Origin: an uncultured Desulfospira sp.
GTDB lineage: Bacteria; Desulfobacterota; Desulfobacteria; Desulfobacterales; Desulfobacteraceae
Direction: 5' to 3'
DNA: 64,000 nucleotides
Assembly: GCA_963663165.1 (NCBI GenBank)
Contig: OY760175.1
Location: 5,280,001-5,344,000 of the forward strand
Shown here: in pieces, positions 59,067 to 64,000 of the stretch
How positions within the stretch are numbered: position 1 is the stretch's first letter
Layout of the letters: each line of letters starts with the position of its first letter
Made by a program: the position numbers and the translations under genes
Notes under the pieces: model-generated
Seen by the model: only the letters and a program-made list of their open reading frames with translations
What the model was told of the DNA's origin: nothing
Databases searched by the model: none

Positions 59067-60448
59067 ACTCACAGCTTTTAAAAATATTACATCGGACCCT
59101 TGGGGGTGCCCTGTTGATCCTTTTGCTGCCGTTGTGTTTCAACGAGGCTTTGGGGGAAGTGGAAAAGCCCGCCCCCCTTTTAATGGAAATTCCCTGTGGC
59201 CGGCTGACCCTGGCCCAGGCCCAGAAGACGGCGCTTTCGGCGTCCCCTCAGGTGAAAGAAATGCTGGCCCGCATTAAAGAAGCCGATGCCCGCTGCCGGC
59301 AGGCCCGGGCCGCCTTATGGCCGACAGTGTCGGTTCATGCCGGCCACGACTGGCAGGATCTGTCCATGCGGCCGGACTGGCAGCCCCAGGTGCGCGTGGA
59401 AGAAAGCTTCACCCATTTCAATGCCGGGATCCAGGCCAACTGGCTTCTCTTTGACGGATTCAGCACCCGGGCCTCCATTCTGGCGGCAGAGGCTGACAAA
59501 CAGGCAGGCAAAAGCATTGCCGACGATGCCCGCCGCCTGGTGGTCCAGGCTGTGGCCACCGCCTTTTACCAGGCCCAGCTGGCCGCCCAGGGCATGCAGA
59601 TCGCCCGGCAGAACAGCCTGTTTAACCGGCGCCTGGAACAGGACGCTGAAAAACGCTGCCGGGCCGGTGTTGTGCCCCGGGCCGATTATTTAAATTTCAG
59701 CGTTAAATCCCTTCAGGCGGAAAATAACTTTCTTAAGGCCGGGCAATATCATGCCGTGGCCTGCGCTATGCTGGCCAGGCTGATGGTATGGCCGGACCCA
59801 ACGCTTTCCCGGGATATGGTCCCGGTGGCAGGGTCGCCGGTTGAAACCCTGGAGGAACTGCCGCAGTTTGACCGGGAACTGGCCTATGCCATGGATCGCC
59901 GGCCTGATCTAAAGTCCCTTGCCGCCAGGGAAGAGGCCCTGTTACATACCCGGATAAGTGACAAGGGCCGGTATTTCCCCAAGCTGTATCTGAAAGCCGG
60001 TTATGATTATGATGAATACCGCAATTACGGAACCATTAACCAGACCGAACACGGCAGCGCCATCGGCCTTTGCTTTGACTGGGACCTTTTCAGCGGCGGC
60101 CTTCGCCGGGCAAAAATTAGTGAAACCCAGGCACAGCTAATCCGGTTAAACCATGAAAAAGAACAAAAAATTCTGGAGATCCGAGCGGCTCTGGAACAGG
60201 CCCTCGTCAGGGCGGATGCCGCACGGGCCGTGTATCAGCGGGAACAGTATACCTTAACCCTGGTCCGGCAAATCCGTGACCATGTGGAAAAATCCTACCG
60301 GGCCGGGGCCACGACCCTGACCCGGCTCAACGAGGCCCAGACCGACCTGGTCACCCTGTCCGCCGCCGCAGCCACCAGCCGCATCAATTACCTTCAGCAG
60401 CTCGAAGCCCTGCGGGCCGAAAGCGGCCGGAACCTGGAAGACAGGTAA
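59063..60448 (+). CDS. TolC-family outer membrane efflux protein
   Basis: LTLAQA, W.LFDGF, RPDLKS, WDLFSGG; two OEP repeats. Confidence 0.9.
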   Translation: MNSQLLKILHRTLGGALLILLLPLCFNEALGEVEKPAPLLMEIPCGRLTLAQAQKTALSASPQVKEMLARIKEADARCRQARAALWPTVSVHAGHDWQDLSMRPDWQPQVRVEESFTHFNAGIQANWLLFDGFSTRASILAAEADKQAGKSIADDARRLVVQAVATAFYQAQLAAQGMQIARQNSLFNRRLEQDAEKRCRAGVVPRADYLNFSVKSLQAENNFLKAGQYHAVACAMLARLMVWPDPTLSRDMVPVAGSPVETLEELPQFDRELAYAMDRRPDLKSLAAREEALLHTRISDKGRYFPKLYLKAGYDYDEYRNYGTINQTEHGSAIGLCFDWDLFSGGLRRAKISETQAQLIRLNHEKEQKILEIRAALEQALVRADAARAVYQREQYTLTLVRQIRDHVEKSYRAGATTLTRLNEAQTDLVTLSAAAATSRINYLQQLEALRAESGRNLEDR

Positions 60449-60639
60449 ATGTCGTCAGCCAAACGGTTAGGCACAGTATAAATTTTTGTTGTTTATAAGC
60501 AACACATTTTGTATAACGGCCACGGGCCGCTTTGGTTATCCAACCAAGAGCCGCCCACAACAAATATTGAAAGTCTTTTCAGGACCTTAGTGAGACTTTC
60601 ATATAAAATTAAGAAAGTGTTGACTATAGGTGACAAAAA

Positions 60640-60841
60640 ATGAAAATTCCGGATTATGAAGACGGGGACCGGCTGTATGTCCAGGCCGCTTACCTGATTC
60701 CCGATGACCGGGTAAGGGACCGTGAGTTTGGAAACCTCCTCATGGTTTCAGATAATTATCCCAAAAAAGTGGTCTCCATGGACCCGGTCACCGAAGGGTA
60801 TTGAGCATGTCCACCTGTCCGATTTCCTGCTGTCCATCTAA
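60640..60841 (+). pseudogene. Frameshifted C-terminal remnant of an AAA ATPase/DUF4143-type protein
   Basis: LYVQAAYLIPD..REFGNLL..DNYPKKVVSMD, then a frameshift into GIEHVHLSDFLL; no N-terminal part. Confidence 0.6.
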
Positions 60842-60870
60842 CCTGAAGCGTTGCCGCATTTTCATACCTT

Positions 60871-61593
60871 TTATTGGCAACCACGAGGAAGATGCCCCTG
60901 GCGGCGATGCTGCTGTTTCATTATGCCCCAGTAATTTCTTTGGCTTTTGACCTGAAAGATTTTAAAATCCGGCAATAAAACAGCGCTTAAGTTTTTTCCG
61001 TAACAGCATCCGGTGTCCACAAAGAATATCCGGTCATGCACCACGGCCACTTCTCCTATTTATTTTTTGAACACCCTTTTTTGGGAGATGTCCCGGTGGC
61101 CGGCAATAATGGGTTTTTCCGGATCACAAAGGTCATACCAGGGCTTGTTGTACTGTTTTTTTAAATATTGCTCTCCGTTGCGTGTCCCCAAGAGCACCTG
61201 CTTTTTTTGTCGGTCAAGGGGAACCCCCGGTTCAAGGAAACCGTGGATCAGCAGGGCCGGCTCTGTATCCATATAAACGGGCAGTTTCCTTAGCCATTGG
61301 ATCAGGCCTTCATACCCTGTCCGTGAAAATTCCTGCCGGGTGATTTCCTGGGCCGTTGAAGGGGGAACAATGCCCTGGTGGCAGAGAAGATGCTTGTGTT
61401 CATGGTTCCCCAACAGGGAGCAGGCCTGTTCATTTTTGATAAAAAAATCAGTCGCCGGTTTGGAATCCGGCCCCCGGTCCAGCATATCCCCTAGAGAGAT
61501 GATCCGGTCCCGGAGTGAGAGGCCGGCTTTTTCAATCAAAGCCGCAAGTTCCCTGTAACAGCCGTAAATGTTATTCATGAAAGGGCGATTCAT
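60871..61593 (-). pseudogene. Disrupted ApaH/PrpA-like metallophosphoesterase
   Basis: GDMLDRGP, LGNHE, HG and GH motifs; first motif reads NIYGC instead of DIHGC; in-frame TAA at 61062-61060, with VDTGCCYG..LSA continuing in frame after it. Confidence 0.75.
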
Positions 61594-61606
61594 GAATCGC
61601 CCCTAC
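61582..61606 (-). repeat. GTAG-type REP palindrome
   Basis: Minus strand GTAG-GGGCGATTCATGAATCGCCC, a perfect 20-bp palindrome. Confidence 0.75.
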
Positions 61607-61887
61607 GGCCGACCCAACAACACTGCCTCATCCGGTCGCCCGTTTTCGGTCTCCGGACTCTTTTTTATATATCATAAAATTTACAACAACATCCAACCAT
61701 CATGGCGGATTATAAGTGTGGTTATCCTGGATACAAATCTTGACTTTAGGGCCTGGGGTATCCTATATCCAGAAGCATTCAAAAATCTGCAGCTATGGAT
61801 AGATCTGCAGTACCAACTTTTCGCGATCAATACCGGCTGCCTGAGAGTAAACCTGTTTTTTGATTTCAAACGGTAGGGGACAAGCGG

Positions 61888-64000
61888 GTGCCGGTATTTC
61901 CTGAGATCATGATTCTGCCTTCCATGACATGTCCGGCCTCTTGCGCCTATTGTTTCGGACCCCATGACGGACCGATAGCATCCCGGGACGTGATGGACCG
62001 GATTCTGGATTGGATTGCCTTTCTTCCCGAGATTCCGGCGGACCGGCCCGTCCGGGTTACCCTGCACGGGGGCGAACCCCTAACCCTGGGACGGCCTGCC
62101 CTTGAGTATATGTTTCAGGGCCTGTCGGACCGGCTGGGCGGGCCTCACCGGGTGGCGTGGGCCCTTCAAAGCAACCTGTGGGCCATGGACAGAACCATGG
62201 CGGGCCTTATGGCTGATTTTCACGTCCGGGTGGGCACCAGTCTGGACGGGCCTCAAGACATCACCGATGCCCAGCGGGGCAGGGGATATTTTGCAAGGAC
62301 CCGGGCGGGGATGGAATGCCTGATGTCCCAGGGCATTAAGGCGGCCTGCATTGCCACGGTGACCTCCCAAAGCGGTTCCCGCCGTCAGGAGATCTTGGAT
62401 TTTTTTATTGAAGATGAAACGGATTTCTCCGTTCATCCCGCCATTCAGGGTTTAGGGAAAACTCATGGTTACGGGCTTTCCCCGGATCAATACGGCGGGT
62501 TGCTCTGCGGCCTGCTGGACGACTATTTGCCCTTTCGCCACCGGATCCGGATTCCCACCCTGGACCGGCTGTGCCGGGCTGTGGCCTTTCAAAAGCCTTT
62601 GGAGTGTACCTTTCGTCCCTGCCTGGGACTGTTTCTGGTGGTGGACCCCATGGGATATATTTATTCATGCCAGCGGTTTGCCGGCCACAGGGAATACGCT
62701 CTTGGCCATGTCAGCCAAAATCCGGATGTGCCCGCGCTCTTGGACAGTCCGGTGGCCCGCTGGCTGAATCAATGGCAGCAGGACCGTGAATCCGGCTGCC
62801 GTGGCTGCCCGGATCTGAACATCTGCAATGGCGGCTGTCCCTATCAGGCCGTGAGCCCTAACCCGGCGTCACCATTGGCAGACCCCTATTGCCGGGCGTA
62901 TCAGCAGATATTTTCCCATATCCGCCAAAAACTGTCCCAAGAGATTGCATCGGATGAAAATATCCAGGCCATGACTGAAATCCCGTGGAACGGGCAGGGC
63001 AATCCCCTGTTTTCCCGGGGGCCGGTCATCGACCTGGTCAGAAGCCAAAGCCATCCCAAAACATGGGTCCAAAACAGCCGCACCATTCTTCGGGCCCACC
63101 GGCTGGGCTGTCACGAAACCATTTCGGCGGCAGCCAGTGCCCTGGTCGCTGAAGGGATTGACGCAACCCCTCAGCAGTCCGAAGACCGGCTGAACCAAAT
63201 GCTCACCCAGATGCGCAAACCAGGGCGGAATACCCTTTATCTGCACATTACATGGCGGTGCGGCCTGGCCTGCAACCATTGCTACGCCCAAGGGCCTGGA
63301 AAAACAAATGGACTGGACATGGCCGTGGCAGACCTGGAAGAGGCGGCGGTATCCGCAGCGGGCCTGGGCTTCCGCCAGGTCGTCCTGACCGGAGGGGAAC
63401 CCTCGGACCACCCGTTCTGGAACAGGATTCTTAAACAGTTGACCCATATCCGGCGAACCTGTCCCCATGTCAAGTGGGCACTGCGGACCCACCTGGCCGG
63501 CGACCTGACGTTGGGGGACATGGCCCTCATGGCCGCAGCCTTTGATAAGATTGTGGTCAGCCTTGACGGGGATCAGGCCGTTCATGACGCCCGCCGGGGG
63601 CCGGGCGCTTACCAGCGAACCGTGAACCATATCCGGCAGTATCAGGAACAATATGGTCCGGACAGCCCCGGCTGCCTGGCTGTCGGCACACAGGCCCGCC
63701 TGGAACTTGCCTGCACCCAGACCCCGGAGAGCCTGATGGGAGATCCCGGCCGGCATGTGGCATCCCTTGCCCGTCACATGGGAATCCAAAAGACGAGGAT
63801 GCGCCCCGTACTGCCCTTGGGCCGGGCATCCGGCACAGGCCTGGCGCTTTCGCCCATCCGGGGAATTGCCCTGGATGATCCTGAACGTGTGCTGGTGCGC
63901 GGCCTTGAACCGGTCTTAACCTGCGGCCTGGGCCAGAACCTGTCCGTGGACCCGGACGGGACGGTATTTCCCTGCCATGCGGCCCGGTCCGAAGCGTATC
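61888..64000 (+). CDS. Tandem double radical SAM/SPASM protein, at least 704 aa, 3'-truncated by the window edge
   Basis: GTG start after TAGGGG; no stop to 64000 on manual translation; CPASCAYC + HGGEP + SPASM cysteines, then CGLACNHC + TGGEP + CGLG..VDPDG.VFPC. Confidence 0.88.
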   Translation, partial: MPVFPEIMILPSMTCPASCAYCFGPHDGPIASRDVMDRILDWIAFLPEIPADRPVRVTLHGGEPLTLGRPALEYMFQGLSDRLGGPHRVAWALQSNLWAMDRTMAGLMADFHVRVGTSLDGPQDITDAQRGRGYFARTRAGMECLMSQGIKAACIATVTSQSGSRRQEILDFFIEDETDFSVHPAIQGLGKTHGYGLSPDQYGGLLCGLLDDYLPFRHRIRIPTLDRLCRAVAFQKPLECTFRPCLGLFLVVDPMGYIYSCQRFAGHREYALGHVSQNPDVPALLDSPVARWLNQWQQDRESGCRGCPDLNICNGGCPYQAVSPNPASPLADPYCRAYQQIFSHIRQKLSQEIASDENIQAMTEIPWNGQGNPLFSRGPVIDLVRSQSHPKTWVQNSRTILRAHRLGCHETISAAASALVAEGIDATPQQSEDRLNQMLTQMRKPGRNTLYLHITWRCGLACNHCYAQGPGKTNGLDMAVADLEEAAVSAAGLGFRQVVLTGGEPSDHPFWNRILKQLTHIRRTCPHVKWALRTHLAGDLTLGDMALMAAAFDKIVVSLDGDQAVHDARRGPGAYQRTVNHIRQYQEQYGPDSPGCLAVGTQARLELACTQTPESLMGDPGRHVASLARHMGIQKTRMRPVLPLGRASGTGLALSPIRGIALDDPERVLVRGLEPVLTCGLGQNLSVDPDGTVFPCHAARSEAY

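Noticed and set aside
61702..61863. Short ORFs MADYKCGYPGYKS and MDRSAVPTFRDQYRLPESKPVF as radical SAM precursor peptides or a UGA read-through extension
   Set aside because: No RBS, no leader/core pattern, and no SECIS-like hairpin after the UGA codons
62869..63789. 306-aa minus-strand ORF and other long antisense ORFs (e.g. 13223-14359, 22178-23257, 26820-27833, 52233-53132)
   Set aside because: They are shadows of well-supported genes on the opposite strand and have no recognisable motifs
1..64000. rRNA, tRNA, intact transposase or prophage genes
   Set aside because: None recognised by eye; tRNAscan-SE or Infernal would be needed to exclude small RNAs fully

Overview
Chromosomal window from a sulfate-reducing deltaproteobacterium (gene content suggests Desulfobacteraceae; this is inference). 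Left part: metabolic genes (fadH-like oxidoreductase, Dus, acyl-CoA synthetase, DHFR, acetyl-CoA hydrolase-GNAT fusion, cutA, lysA, Lrp) and a four-gene minus-strand surface-protein cluster downstream of a c-di-GMP-I (GEMM) riboswitch. Middle: a c-di-GMP/chemotaxis/sigma54 module leading into flgBC-fliEFGHIJ-motE, then a 1.7-kaa Ca-binding surface protein. Right part: tilS, an AraC/methyltransferase/CoA-activase/FmdE cluster, MFS, TetR, a paired-SPFH operon, a MarR-RND efflux operon, two decayed genes and an ORF running off the window. Best candidates for undescribed biology: (1) PEP-CTERM-anchored cohesin-like proteins co-encoded with a dockerin-bearing passenger behind a c-di-GMP riboswitch, suggesting a non-cellulosomal surface scaffold; (2) a divergent pair of small genes, each with an in-frame UGA followed by a SECIS-like hairpin, one absent from the ORF track; (3) a tandem double radical-SAM/SPASM fusion, also absent from the ORF track; (4) an SPFH pair with an unusual wHTH-Zn finger-wHTH-TM partner. 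The intergenic space holds several MITE/REP-like repeat families, many abutting stop codons. Family assignments come from motif recognition by eye; no database search was run.
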